A stretch of 64,000 nucleotides of DNA. Origin: an uncultured Pseudomonadales bacterium. Its GTDB lineage: Bacteria; Patescibacteriota; Microgenomatia; UBA1400; PJMF01. Both the position numbers and the translations under genes were made by a program. The DNA lies in contig CAZIBX010000001.1 of assembly GCA_964537615.1 (NCBI GenBank), forward strand, positions 1,929-65,928, in the 5' to 3' direction. The notes beneath the pieces are model-generated. The model made no database searches and was not told the origin of the DNA. It saw nothing but the letters and a program-made list of their open reading frames with translations. Positions 27,311-38,053 of this stretch are shown in pieces (position 1 is the stretch's first letter; each line of letters opens with the position of its first letter).

Positions 27311-28825
27311 ATGAATATTTCTGATGGTTTTGAACCGCAAAATGTGTGGAAACAAGCCTGCTTAATTCTGGCCAAATCGTTGTCACCGGCCGTGTTTAAT
27401 ACCTGGATCATTGCCAACCCACTCACCGAGTTGGTAGAAAGCGGCGATGGTTATGAAGCTACCATCACCAGCCCCACGGCTTTTCACGCCACCAATCTGC
27501 AAAAAAACCTACATCAACAAATTTTGGGCGCTATTCAGGACATCATCGGTGCGCCAGTCACACTTCACTATCAGGTGGGCAGTAAAATCACCACCCACAA
27601 TTCAGAATTGTCTCAAAATCACGTTTCAACAGATCAAAAAACCGACTCACACTTGTCACCCAGTCCCTCTTCCCTCCAGTCACCTCGGGTGGAAGAACTA
27701 TTTTCACAACAAGCCATTATGTCCGCCTCACAAGATCGTTTGGCCTGGCGGGTCAAACAAGTGGGGCTTAACAGCGCTTTTATTTTTGAAACATTTGCAG
27801 TCTCCACCACCAACGAGATGGCTCACGCCGCTGCTGTAGCCGTCTCCAATAAGCCCGGCCACTCATACAACCCCTTATTTCTCTATGGCGGGGTGGGAGT
27901 AGGCAAAACTCACTTGATGCACGCTATCGGTAATAATATTTTGGCCAGCGACCCAGATATCAACATGGTTTACTGCACGGGTGAGGAGTTTACCAACGAA
28001 ATAGTCCAGGCCATACAAACCAAGCGAGCCAACTCTTTTAAACACAAGTACCGCACAGCCAGCGTGCTTTTGATCGACGACATTCAGTTTATCGCCGGCA
28101 AAACAGCTGTGCAGGAGGAGTTTTTTCATACTTTCAACGCCCTCACCCAACAACACAGCCAAATCGTTTTGACTTCTGACAGACCACCCCAAGAAATCTC
28201 TCTACTAGAAGATCGTTTGCGCTCCAGATTTGAAGCCGGGCTGATGATCGACATCGGCCAACCCAGCTTTGAGCTACGCACGGCCATTGTTTTACTCAAA
28301 GCCAAGGCGGGACGCCTGCCCATCGATATAGATTTGGCCAAACAAATCGCCCAAAACGTAACCAGTGCCAGAAAAATCGAGGGTATTATTACTTCCGTCC
28401 GCTCGGCTGTCGAGTTAAAACATCGAGAGGTTAACTCCCAGCTTATATCGGAGTTATTACAAGCTGAAGACAGTAGTCAAAATAAAATCAAAATTAATAT
28501 TAATCCAGCCGATGTGATTAAAACCGTAGCCGACCACTATCGGCTTAAACAAGCCGAGTTGAAGGGCGCTAGTCGAGAACGACACGTGGTCACAGCCAGA
28601 CACGTAGCTATGTATCTACTTTATAAAGACGTAGGATTACCACTGACAGAGATTGCCCGTTGGTTTGGAGGTCGTGATCACACCAGTGTTTTACACGCCA
28701 CCAGAAAAATTGCCACAGACATAGAAATTTCAGGATCAAGTTTAACCGATGTCAGCACTCTCCGTCACCGACTGCGCCAAAAAACAGGAAACAATTTATC
28801 CACAACTGTGCAAAACTATGTGTAA
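27311..28825 (+). CDS. dnaA: Chromosomal replication initiator DnaA
   Basis: YNPLFLYGGVGVGKTHL, LLIDDIQF, QEEFFHTFN, RLRSRF, GGRDHTSVLH. Confidence 0.99.
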   Translation: MNISDGFEPQNVWKQACLILAKSLSPAVFNTWIIANPLTELVESGDGYEATITSPTAFHATNLQKNLHQQILGAIQDIIGAPVTLHYQVGSKITTHNSELSQNHVSTDQKTDSHLSPSPSSLQSPRVEELFSQQAIMSASQDRLAWRVKQVGLNSAFIFETFAVSTTNEMAHAAAVAVSNKPGHSYNPLFLYGGVGVGKTHLMHAIGNNILASDPDINMVYCTGEEFTNEIVQAIQTKRANSFKHKYRTASVLLIDDIQFIAGKTAVQEEFFHTFNALTQQHSQIVLTSDRPPQEISLLEDRLRSRFEAGLMIDIGQPSFELRTAIVLLKAKAGRLPIDIDLAKQIAQNVTSARKIEGIITSVRSAVELKHREVNSQLISELLQAEDSSQNKIKININPADVIKTVADHYRLKQAELKGASRERHVVTARHVAMYLLYKDVGLPLTEIARWFGGRDHTSVLHATRKIATDIEISGSSLTDVSTLRHRLRQKTGNNLSTTVQNYV

Positions 28826-29030
28826 AACCCGGCTTTTTACTGTGCATAAAAATTCACAAAACCAAGCTTGTTTGCTTGTCGATAGTAACTTTTTCCATTA
28901 TATGCCGCCGATATTCACAGACTTATTCAAAACAAAACCAGCCGTTTATTCACAAGTTGCTCTAGAGAAAATTAAGACTTACTCACACGATTTATTCTCT
29001 CTACTACTACCACTACTAATTAAGATATAT
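28796..29030. other. Replication origin oriC
   Basis: TTATCCACA 28796, TGTGCATAA 28841, TTATTCACA 28946, TTACTCACA 28979, then CTACTACTACCACTACTA (29001-29018, DnaA-trio-like) and an AT-rich stretch, between dnaA and dnaN. Confidence 0.85.
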
Positions 29031-29053
29031 ACAATACAAGCTTCTGTTTAAAC

Positions 29054-30163
29054 ATGAAAATAATAGTCTCGCAATCACTTTTAAACCAAGCTTTAACTTA
29101 CGCCCAGAAAGCTATCGCCAGTAAGCCGTCGTTACCTGTTTTGGGTGGGATTTTATTTAAAGCTGAAAAAGATAGTTGCCAAATTTTGGCCACAGACTTG
29201 TATTTAGGAATAAAAACCACCATTCCAGCTGAAATTAAAAAAACCGGCAGCGTGGTAATCCCAGGCAAGCAACTAAAAGAATTAGTCAGCGTGCTAGATG
29301 AAAAGGATATAGAAATTGAAACACAAGAAAACAGTGTCGTTATTAAATCTGGTGAAGGAACAACAACTTTTTCAGTCCTACCCACAGCTGATTTTCCAGA
29401 ATTTCCTGACGTAAAAGGAGAAGATGTAATTTTATCCAACCAACTATTGGACCAAATCAGTCAAAAAGTCCTCCCCTCTATTTCCAGCGATACCACTAGG
29501 CCTGTTTTGACTTGCGTTTTGTTTGATATAGATAAAAAAAATACCCAAGTGGTGGCCACAGACGGCTTCAGACTTTCTTTGCTTAAATCAAGCGAAGTTT
29601 ATAGTTCTACCAAACAACAGTGGCTGATTCCCGCCACTGCTCTGTCAGAAGTTATCAGGGTGGCCCAAGCTAAGTCAGAGAACTCGGTGTCAGTCTGCGC
29701 CGCACCAGACATTAAACAAGTCCGCTTCAGTGTGGCCGACGTTCAGTTTTGGGTCAGATTGATGGACGGCGAGTATCCGCCTTATAACAAAATCATTCCC
29801 AGTGATTTTAAAACAGAAGTCAAAGTTCTGGCTGATGAACTACTGTCTCATGTCCGTCGGGCTCAAGTGGTTAATAAAGACACTTCTAACATCGTGGAAC
29901 TGCGCGTCATTAAATCTCAACTAACCATCGCAGCTAGAACCACCACCGTTTCCTCATACACAGCTCAACTTAATACAATTAGTGTGGACGGGGCGGACTG
30001 TACCATCGCTTTCAACGCCAGATATTTGATAGACATTCTGAAAGAAGCTGGTCAAAATCAAGTTAATTTATCTCTAGTAGAGAGTTTGAAGCCCGCCCAA
30101 CTCACTTTTTTAAACGAGACTGATTTTTTATATGTGATGATGCCTTTTCGCATCAATGAATAA
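29054..30163 (+). CDS. dnaN: DNA polymerase III beta clamp
   Basis: ATDL, RPVLT, VATDGFRL, GEYPPY, IAFNARYL, YVMMP. Confidence 0.98.
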   Translation: MKIIVSQSLLNQALTYAQKAIASKPSLPVLGGILFKAEKDSCQILATDLYLGIKTTIPAEIKKTGSVVIPGKQLKELVSVLDEKDIEIETQENSVVIKSGEGTTTFSVLPTADFPEFPDVKGEDVILSNQLLDQISQKVLPSISSDTTRPVLTCVLFDIDKKNTQVVATDGFRLSLLKSSEVYSSTKQQWLIPATALSEVIRVAQAKSENSVSVCAAPDIKQVRFSVADVQFWVRLMDGEYPPYNKIIPSDFKTEVKVLADELLSHVRRAQVVNKDTSNIVELRVIKSQLTIAARTTTVSSYTAQLNTISVDGADCTIAFNARYLIDILKEAGQNQVNLSLVESLKPAQLTFLNETDFLYVMMPFRINE

Positions 30164-30209
30164 ACTGACGATAGGATAAACAGATCGGTTTTGGTATACT
30201 ACCCATCTT

Positions 30210-30359
30210 ATGACCAAACGCACTTATCAACCCAAAAAGCGCCGCCGAGCCAGAGTTCACGGTTTTTTTGCCAGAATGAAAACCATGGCCGGCCGAGCAG
30301 TTTTGAAACGACGCCGGCTTAAAGGACGTAAATTATTGACCGTAAACGCTTCTTATTAG
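30210..30359 (+). CDS. rpmH: 50S ribosomal protein L34
   Basis: Not in the ORF track; [49 protein letters not shown]. Confidence 0.98.
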   Translation: MTKRTYQPKKRRRARVHGFFARMKTMAGRAVLKRRRLKGRKLLTVNASY

Positions 30360-30364
30360 CCCCT

Positions 30365-30700
30365 ATGCTGCCCAAGCGCTGGCGATTATTACTTAGGAAG
30401 GAGAAAAACTTTTTTGATCAAGCCAAACGACATTTTTCTGATGGTATAACCACTTTTTATATCCAGAAAAATCAAGAATTGAAACTGGGAGTGATAGTTC
30501 CCAAACATCAATTTCTACTCTCTTCTACCAGGCATAAAATAAGTCGTCGGTTTTATCAAGCTATAGAAGAAGTAATTAAAACAAATTTATACCATGGTCA
30601 CTATGTTTTTGTTTTATCTAGAGTTATATTGACCAAAAATAATTCAGAACTTAAACAAATCATTCTTCATCACCTCAACTTTTTTTATCCACCTACATGA
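30365..30700 (+). CDS. rnpA: Ribonuclease P protein component (divergent)
   Basis: MLPKRWRL, LGVIVPK, STRHKISRR (RNR-like motif); follows rpmH. Confidence 0.85.
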   Translation: MLPKRWRLLLRKEKNFFDQAKRHFSDGITTFYIQKNQELKLGVIVPKHQFLLSSTRHKISRRFYQAIEEVIKTNLYHGHYVFVLSRVILTKNNSELKQIILHHLNFFYPPT

Positions 30701-30909
30701 CATTTTTTCAAACCACCACTATTAAAATTATTCAAGCCCTTCGATTAGTAAGAAGCTATATATTAATTAGTCAGTTTGGTAGTTTGTCCCGTTGTCGTTA
30801 TAGCGAAACTTGTGGCCAATATCTAGTGCGGCAAGTTAAACAACTTGGTGTTTTACCCGGCCTAGGTGTGGGCTTAAAACGTATGGCTAGTTGTCAAGGA
30901 TTGTTATGA
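30697..30909 (+). CDS. yidD: Membrane protein insertion efficiency factor
   Basis: CRYSETCGQY...G...GLKRMASC; synteny. Confidence 0.85.
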   Translation: MTFFQTTTIKIIQALRLVRSYILISQFGSLSRCRYSETCGQYLVRQVKQLGVLPGLGVGLKRMASCQGLL

Positions 30910-31667
30910 TTTTTACTTATTTTTCCCAACTCATAGTTTTTCTGTCCCAAGCCACCGGCAGTTTTGGTTTGGGTGTGGTGGTTTTTACCATTTTACTCCG
31001 GTTGATTTTATTACCCATCAGTTTGTCTTCACTACGGGTCAGTAAAAAAATGACCGACGTTGCCCCCAAACTAAGTGAGTTAAAGAAAAAACACGCCAAA
31101 GATCCCAAAGCTCTCCAACAAGCCCAACTCAATCTTTATAAAGAACACAACATCAACCCCGCCTCTGGCTGTTTACCCCAAATTGTCCAGTTGGTGGTGC
31201 TGATTTTTCTTTGGCAGGCATTTTTGAACTTATTTAAACTCAATCAGGGTGGTCTGATTCAAGTTAATGGTACGACCCTTAACCCGGTATTTTATTGGTC
31301 TGACTTAACCAAGCCGGACGGTTTGTATGTCTGGCCTATTTTGGCCGGTGCATCTCAACTTCTACTCTCTCTGATGATGATGCCCAAAAAAGTCACTTCC
31401 AAAACCCCGGTTCCAGTCAAAAATAACAACAAAAAACCAGATCAACCGGACTTTGCCGACACCATGATGGGGATGCAAAAACAAATGTTGATAATTATGC
31501 CGGTGATGACCACATTTATCGGTATCAGTTTGCCGGCTGGTTTATCCATGTACTGGTTTATTACCACTATCGTCAGCATCTTACAGCAGTGGTATGTGTC
31601 TGGTTGGGGAGTTTTGTCTGATAGTAAAAGCCTTGTCCTGGCTAGTGTTAAACGTTTTAAATCATAA
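30906..31667 (+). CDS. yidC: YidC/Oxa1 membrane insertase (short type)
   Basis: FTILLRLILLP, LYKEHNINPASGCLP, PAGLSMYW. Confidence 0.95.
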   Translation: MIFTYFSQLIVFLSQATGSFGLGVVVFTILLRLILLPISLSSLRVSKKMTDVAPKLSELKKKHAKDPKALQQAQLNLYKEHNINPASGCLPQIVQLVVLIFLWQAFLNLFKLNQGGLIQVNGTTLNPVFYWSDLTKPDGLYVWPILAGASQLLLSLMMMPKKVTSKTPVPVKNNNKKPDQPDFADTMMGMQKQMLIIMPVMTTFIGISLPAGLSMYWFITTIVSILQQWYVSGWGVLSDSKSLVLASVKRFKS

Positions 31668-31680
31668 AAAAGGAGGATTT

Positions 31681-32148
31681 ATGTCGCTATCTCCCGCTGA
31701 TTTTGTCAGCCAACTACTTGAACATGCTGGCTTGGATCCGGCTAGTTTTAAAATAGAGACTCTTGACCAAGATCAGTGGTTAAAAATTAATATCTCGGTG
31801 TCAGAGGAAGAGTCGGGTATTTTGATCGGGGTTCACGGTGAAACATTAAGTTCATTGCAGCGCTTGGTGCGCCTGGCTTATCTTGACACCGTCACAGATA
31901 AAAAAATCGTTATTAACATCAATGATTATCGAGAACGGCGAGAAGAAAAACTGAAAAATATGGTTGAAATTGTGGCAGAAAGGGTTTTGCAAACCGGTCA
32001 ACCCCACACCCTCCCCTCTTATCTGCCTTCATACGAGAGATTTTTTATTCACACCATGTTATCTGGTGACGAAAAATATGCAGGACTAACCAGCTCGTCG
32101 ACCGGAGTGGGTCGGGACAGACGTTTAACCATTGCCGTTAAGTCATGA
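31681..32148 (+). CDS. jag: Jag/EloR KH + R3H RNA-binding protein
   Basis: GILIGVHGETLSSLQ, ININDYRERREE, SYERFFIH; AAGGAGG RBS before ATG 31681. Confidence 0.9.
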   Translation: MSLSPADFVSQLLEHAGLDPASFKIETLDQDQWLKINISVSEEESGILIGVHGETLSSLQRLVRLAYLDTVTDKKIVININDYRERREEKLKNMVEIVAERVLQTGQPHTLPSYLPSYERFFIHTMLSGDEKYAGLTSSSTGVGRDRRLTIAVKS

Positions 32149-32567
32149 CACCATCAAAGTTGATAATTTACACAGACGGAGGAGCCAGAGGTAATCCTGG
32201 GCCTGCGGCTATTGGTGTGGTCATTTTTAACCAAGACCAAAAAATCGCTAACTTCGGTCAAGTCATCGGCGTTGCCACTAACAACGAAGCAGAATACCAG
32301 GCGGTTTTGGCTTCACTTAATTATTTGCTTCAACACAAAGATGTTTTTTTAAACAATACTTTGGAGTGGCGACTGGACTCTTTACTGGTGGCCTCTCAAC
32401 TAACCGGTCAATATAAGATTAAAGAACCTCGTCTTAAACAGTTGGCAGGTCAGGCGCTGGTTTTATTTAGCCAACTAGGCGTCAGCTACACCATCACCCA
32501 CGTCCCCCGTCATCAAAACGCTCTAGCCGATGAGTTGGTTAATCGATCGTTGGATGCAGAACTTTGA
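32145..32567 (+). CDS. rnhA: Ribonuclease HI family protein
   Basis: YTDGGARGNPGPA, TNNEAEY, DSLLV, HVPRHQNALADEL. Confidence 0.93.
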   Translation: MTPSKLIIYTDGGARGNPGPAAIGVVIFNQDQKIANFGQVIGVATNNEAEYQAVLASLNYLLQHKDVFLNNTLEWRLDSLLVASQLTGQYKIKEPRLKQLAGQALVLFSQLGVSYTITHVPRHQNALADELVNRSLDAEL

Positions 32568-32630
32568 ACTGTTGTTTCTTAACACCATTCCTAGTCGGGA
32601 CTTTTACCAGTACAATGTGTTTACCTGCTC

Positions 32631-35525
32631 ATGAAAACCGCGGCTATCTCTGACTCACCTACCATCGGTATAGTTTCTACTCACCAGAGTTGGGCTCAAC
32701 TATTGGCTGAAGGTATAAATCGGCCGGGGTTAATAGTTAATCAAATCAGTCCCTCACAACTGACCCAGAACGATTGTTACAAAATTATCTGGTTGGTTGA
32801 TCCGGGTCAAACTCAAACACAAGAGTTAATTACAACCATGAGTCTGGTCAACAAACCATTGTTGGTAGTTTTTCCTTTTGTGTCGCCTGCTTTAACTGAT
32901 CCAGACAAAACAAATCCAGCTTGGTCCAATTACCACTTACACGAAAGACAGGTTCTGGCCGACTTAATGAAAGCTTTGCCTAGTGCGGTGTTTGTTTTTA
33001 TTCCCAACTTGATCTTGCCCGCACCTCTACAACCCTTGTTCACAGATTTGGTTTGGTTAATTTCTCCTCTGGAAAAGGGTTTGTTGTTTGACCCAGACAT
33101 ATCAACTACTTTGACTGGTTGGAAAGAGGCCGCCGACAGCGTTGCTGATTTGGTTATCAGACCTCATTTACCTGATCGAATCTTATTATCTCCACCTCAA
33201 ATTTCCTCTGATTTAATTCTAAAAGAAATTCAGTCGGCCAGTATTAAACAAAACGGCGATCATCCAGATATTTTGACCAGACCGATTAAGCTGGACTTTG
33301 CTTATCCCCCCACCGACCGGGTTCAACCACTTCACACTTCGCCTCGCCAAACTCTTTATGGCTTCTTAAATCAAATTGAACTGCCCTGCGCTGTTACTAA
33401 GCCAGAAATCCCCCAACCTACCGTTTTAGCTCCACAATCAACAGAATCGCCACTCAATTCTTTACTCACCCCACTACCCACCCCGCTACCCCATTCACCA
33501 CTCAACCCACTGCCTCCAACCAGAGATAGTGTATTAATCCCCTCGCCTATTTCCGCACCGACTCCATCACCGCACGACTTCAGTTTGTCTCAATCTTTAT
33601 CAAGTATTTTTACCCATACCAACGCCGTTCAACAACAAGATTATTTAACCAAAATTACCAAGACAGAAATTAAAGAAGGTAAAAGATCGGGCCGGCGCAA
33701 ACGCCTTTTTGTTTTTGGTTCGGCCAGCGTAGGAGTGGCTTTATTGGCCATCATGTTGTTTGGTGCGTTTTCTTTGAATTTAAATCTGGTCAAAAATCAT
33801 CTGGTTAATCGGTTTGACCAAAGCGACCCATCACCCAACTGGCAAACTCGAGCTTATCCTTGGTTGACCTCTACTCTGCAGGTTCAGACCAATATTTATA
33901 ATGCTTTATTTTCCAACCCCAGATTGGAAGAGGCCCAAGCGGTGGTTAACTCCACCCAGCTGTTGGCTCAAGCCGAGCAGCAAACTCAACTTCTACAAAC
34001 TACCGGCCAAAATCTGGTTGCGGCCATGCTGGGAGTTGATGATACTTCAGAAATCGAGCCAACCGCCCAAAACGTCGCCCTACACAGTCGTAGCGCCTAT
34101 GAATTGTGGTCACAGTTGCAAGCTAGTACGGCACAAATTGATTTATCTGATAAAGCCGAGCCAACTGATGGCGGTCAAACCATCAACCAAACTACCACCC
34201 AAACTGATCAGCGACTCAAAAACTTAATCAAACTGCAAAAGTTATCGCCCGTTTTTACCAAATTAGCCCAAACCCCCAAAACCACTGTCGCCGTTTTGTT
34301 CCAAAATAGTCAGGAACTGCGCCCCACCGGCGGATTTATTCAGGCGGTGGCGATTTTAAACTTCGAGCGGGGTCGGTTGGTGGCTTACTCAACTCATAGT
34401 AGTTACTCTCTAGACACCAAAATTTCCGGCCAGGTAGCAGCTCCTGACGACATCAGAGCCATTTTGGGTGAAAGTAATTTTTATTTTCGCGACAGTAATT
34501 GGGACGGCAATTTTCCTACCAGTATGCAAAAATCCGGTTGGTTTTTGGACAAAGCATTAAACAAACAAATAGACGGAATTATAGCTCTAAATACTATTTC
34601 TCTTCCCACGCTTTTGTCCGCTATTGGGCCAGTGGAACTGCCTAGTTATAACGAAGTGATTACTCCGGCCAATGTGGCCGAACGACTAGAGTTTCATTCA
34701 GAAATTCAGTTAACGCCCGGCAGTCAGGACTATACCACCACTCTTTTGGACGCTATGTTAACCAACATCAAAAATCTCAAGCCAGACAAGTATCCGGCTT
34801 TGGCTCGAGCTATGTCAGACATGTTGGATGAGCAAGGTGTGTTGATCGCGTTTGATGATAAGGACTCTCAACAAAACTTAACGGAATTGGGCTGGACTGG
34901 CGCTCTTTTGACCCCGCCTTGCCCCGCTCAATTTACCTCTCCTGATTGTTTTGTCGATACTATCGCTCAAGTTGAAGCCAATGTTGGTATCAATAAAGCC
35001 AATTATTATCTGGAAAAGAATCAAACTCACTACGTGACTTTGACCCCAAGTTCAGCCAGTCATGACTTAACCACGCGCTACACCAACACTGCCAAGTCCA
35101 ACGCCTGGCCGCGTGGGCCGTACAAGGCCTACGTCCGGCTTTATTTGCCGGAGGGAACGACGGGAGTTGAGATCGAGTTCAATCAAACCAAGCTGGCCGG
35201 TCAAAGTATTAAAACCTACACCGAGTATTCTAAGCAAGTTTGGGCTTTTTCGCTTGAAGTTCCGGTCAATTCTTCTCGGGATTTACGTGTCCGCTATCAT
35301 GTGCCATTAACTAGCAAATCCGCCAACCAATCGGACAAATTAAGCTATGTTTTATTTGAACAAAAACAACCTGGTACCGGACCTATGCCGGTCAAAACCA
35401 CTATCCAGTTATCTGACGATCTCTCCCCCACCCTGATTGCACCTCAAGCAGAGGTGTTAAACAAAACCATCATTTTTCACGCTACTAGTCAAAGCCACTT
35501 GCTGTATGGAGTTTTGGCCAATTAG
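32631..35525 (+). CDS. DUF4012-domain membrane protein
   Basis: Central TM helix; LFQNSQELRPTGGFI, RDSNW, EANVGINKAN, YVRLYLP, QKQPG. Confidence 0.8.
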   Translation: MKTAAISDSPTIGIVSTHQSWAQLLAEGINRPGLIVNQISPSQLTQNDCYKIIWLVDPGQTQTQELITTMSLVNKPLLVVFPFVSPALTDPDKTNPAWSNYHLHERQVLADLMKALPSAVFVFIPNLILPAPLQPLFTDLVWLISPLEKGLLFDPDISTTLTGWKEAADSVADLVIRPHLPDRILLSPPQISSDLILKEIQSASIKQNGDHPDILTRPIKLDFAYPPTDRVQPLHTSPRQTLYGFLNQIELPCAVTKPEIPQPTVLAPQSTESPLNSLLTPLPTPLPHSPLNPLPPTRDSVLIPSPISAPTPSPHDFSLSQSLSSIFTHTNAVQQQDYLTKITKTEIKEGKRSGRRKRLFVFGSASVGVALLAIMLFGAFSLNLNLVKNHLVNRFDQSDPSPNWQTRAYPWLTSTLQVQTNIYNALFSNPRLEEAQAVVNSTQLLAQAEQQTQLLQTTGQNLVAAMLGVDDTSEIEPTAQNVALHSRSAYELWSQLQASTAQIDLSDKAEPTDGGQTINQTTTQTDQRLKNLIKLQKLSPVFTKLAQTPKTTVAVLFQNSQELRPTGGFIQAVAILNFERGRLVAYSTHSSYSLDTKISGQVAAPDDIRAILGESNFYFRDSNWDGNFPTSMQKSGWFLDKALNKQIDGIIALNTISLPTLLSAIGPVELPSYNEVITPANVAERLEFHSEIQLTPGSQDYTTTLLDAMLTNIKNLKPDKYPALARAMSDMLDEQGVLIAFDDKDSQQNLTELGWTGALLTPPCPAQFTSPDCFVDTIAQVEANVGINKANYYLEKNQTHYVTLTPSSASHDLTTRYTNTAKSNAWPRGPYKAYVRLYLPEGTTGVEIEFNQTKLAGQSIKTYTEYSKQVWAFSLEVPVNSSRDLRVRYHVPLTSKSANQSDKLSYVLFEQKQPGTGPMPVKTTIQLSDDLSPTLIAPQAEVLNKTIIFHATSQSHLLYGVLAN

Positions 35526-35636
35526 TCGGTGTGATCGGCCCATTGACCGGACTGGTATACTAACATACTCAACAGATACAGCGCACCAACGCACAGTAAA
35601 AATATACATATCTGATATGTATTAGACCGGAAATTT

Positions 35637-36359
35637 ATGACAGATCATAAGTCAATTTTTTTTCATGTGAATCATAGGGATTTGCTTGGTAAATCAAGCA
35701 AAAAACTGCATTTCCAGGGGAAACTGCCAGGCAATGTGTACGGGTTACACACAAATTCTGAAAATATTGAACTTTCTTCTCAAGAGTTTAATAAAATCTA
35801 CAAAAAAGGTGAGGAATTGGGACTGGTTTATTTAAAAAGCGAAATACACACCCAAGATGTACCGGTGCTTATCAGCCACGTTGATTTTGACCCCGTCACC
35901 AACCAAGCTACTCACGTTTCTTTTCGTCGTGTCAGTTTGGCCGAAAAAGTTACTGTGGAGGTGCCGGTAGAAACAGTGGGGGAGGCAGACATCATCGATG
36001 CCAACGTGGTTCAGGTTTTGAGCGTGGTAGAGATCGAGGCCTTACCAACCGATATTCCGGAGAAAATCGAAGTCGACGTGAGTGTTTTGACGGCTGTTGG
36101 TCAATCGATTTTGCTTCAAGACATCGTGCCGGTCGGGGCTAAGTTCAGTCTGACTGCTTCAGAAGAAGAACTGCAGAGCCCGGTGGTGATTGTGCAGGAA
36201 GTCAAAGAAGAGGTCGAACCAGAACCGGTAGTTGAGCCGGAAGCCGGTGCAGAAGGTGAGGGCACAACTGGTGAAGGTGAAGGCGCGACGGAAGGCGAGT
36301 CAGAAGGCCAAAAACCTGATGGTGACAAAAAACCAGAGTCGGATAAAAAAGAAGAGTAG
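35637..36359 (+). CDS. rplY: 50S ribosomal protein L25/Ctc
   Basis: GKLPGNVYG, DPVT..HVSF, LPTDIPEKIEVDVS, acidic tail. Confidence 0.93.
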   Translation: MTDHKSIFFHVNHRDLLGKSSKKLHFQGKLPGNVYGLHTNSENIELSSQEFNKIYKKGEELGLVYLKSEIHTQDVPVLISHVDFDPVTNQATHVSFRRVSLAEKVTVEVPVETVGEADIIDANVVQVLSVVEIEALPTDIPEKIEVDVSVLTAVGQSILLQDIVPVGAKFSLTASEEELQSPVVIVQEVKEEVEPEPVVEPEAGAEGEGTTGEGEGATEGESEGQKPDGDKKPESDKKEE

Positions 36360-36569
36360 TGGAGTAGGTGAAAGGCCTGTAGATTCAAAAATTTTGTTTC
36401 AAAGGTTTTTGCCGGCTAGATCAATTGCTGTTTTACCTCAAGCACTGAACAACAAGTCGCTACTTATAGACGGCCTAATGGTTGAAAATTATTAAATTAC
36501 ACGGCGATTTTGCTTCGGAGAACTTAGTCCTAACAGCCAATAAACCCACGCATCTAGTTATCATTAACG

Positions 36570-37600
36570 GTGTTCAATAAATTAATTTGGTTAAACAATT
36601 TGGAGAAAAAAATTACTTTATTCTCGGAGCAAACAAGATCAATGGTTAAGCATGCGATTAACAAGAACTGGCGTGACAAATTTTTAAGTTGTAAAATGCA
36701 GTTAGCAAAATGCCTGAACTACCAATGCCCCCCCAGAATTGTTACAGATTATGCAAATCACAGGATAAGTGATGATTGTCTCGACCAAGACCAAAGAGAG
36801 CGATTGTCTGGTTTACCTGAGAAAAAGCTGTTAGCTATTTTATATCCAGAAACCGAATTCGTTGGTAGAGGTAACTTCAGCTTCGTTATAGGTCATCCAA
36901 CGAATCCCAACATGGTTATCGCCTACAACATTTTTAGCAGTGACATTCGAGAGGATCCAATTAGAGCGAAGGAGATATACCACATGCATCGTATTCTTAG
37001 TGTTCTTTTCCCAAGGAATTTTCCAAAGTTTGCTGCAGTGATTGGTGGTGAGAATGCTCAGTCCATACGTCAAAGAGTTTTTTATCGAAAAGTCGGCAGG
37101 TTTTGTATCCGCTTAGCGAAGTAGTGAAATGGACTAAATACTTTGGTTTTCCTCTTAACGCTGATTTTTCTCATCAACAAAATATTGTTGTTGGTCCAGA
37201 TGGAGGCGAATACTATGTGGATGTTTCTATGACAACAAGCAATGAGTTTTTCTTCAAAGATTTGGACATGAAAAAATTAAACGAATATATGCTACTTCAA
37301 AATATTCCAAAGGAAGAACAAGACACAGTAATTTCATCAATACGAAGACTCAGAGAATTGAGTGTAATAAATGTTGTCAGTTTAGTTCTAAATAATTGGG
37401 AATCTTTCTTGGAAAAGGGATATCCTGTTGATACGAGAGAATTTTATGAATATTTGCTTAGCAATTCTATTCAAAAAGACTTTTGGGAATTGGGGAAAGA
37501 ATCCTTAAGAAGGATTATTCTGCATATTGAAAAACTACCGATAACTCAGAAAAATCAACATGTGCGAGAAAGGATACTGGATCATATTCAAGGTTTATGA
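36570..37600 (+). pseudogene. Protein-kinase-like gene split into two overlapping ORFs (36570-37124, 37103-37600)
   Basis: ORF1 has VGRGNFSFV (Gly loop); ORF2 has DFSHQQNIVV...YYVD; one extra T in the T6 run at 37078-37083 would fuse them. Confidence 0.5.
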
Positions 37601-37641
37601 GATGTATTTCCTTCAGTGTCTCTTGGTATAAACGCCTCTAG

Positions 37642-37791
37642 TCACCACTTTGAGCTTTCTCCATAGGTATGTGGCCATGCTCCCAGTCCAAGTTGATATA
37701 TGACATAGTCAGCAAACGCTTGTATTATGCAGTAGGGCAGATTTAAAACGACAGTCGATAACCCTCCTACGAGGGATATTATTTTTTTCAC
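37642..37791 (-). CDS. Candidate 49-aa small hydrophobic protein
   Basis: GTG start, MKKIISLVGGLSTVVLNLPYCIIQAFADYVIYQLGLGAWPHTYGESSKW; perfect TATAAT 6 nt upstream. Confidence 0.45.
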   Translation of the reverse strand: MKKIISLVGGLSTVVLNLPYCIIQAFADYVIYQLGLGAWPHTYGESSKW

Positions 37792-37834
37792 TTTGGCATT
37801 ATATGTCAAACTTTAGCACGAACAGACAATCAAA

Positions 37835-38053
37835 AATCATGAAATCAGACACCCGTTTTTGGACTTAAGCCTGGTTATTACACCGTTACCTTTTTTGAAC
37901 CAGAAGATGAACACTACGTTCTCAAAAGGGTTTTTAAAAGAGGTGACTTAATAGATTTAACAGGAAGACCTCTGTCCTCTTCATTTGCAACTTCACCTAG
38001 GGGGTGATGCAAGCCAGCTGGCGAGGGCTAAGCTTTCTGGCGTCTGTAAATCT
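37835..38053 (-). ncRNA. Candidate structured RNA (~215 nt) or long structured leader
   Basis: TTGACT-17-TATATT promoter (38088-38060); nested stems CAGACGCC/GGTGTCTG and CTTAGCC/GGCTTAAG enclosing three hairpins. Confidence 0.4.

Noticed and set aside
28749-29051. 100-aa ORF between dnaA and dnaN
   Set aside because: Overlaps the DnaA boxes and trios of oriC; no protein motif.
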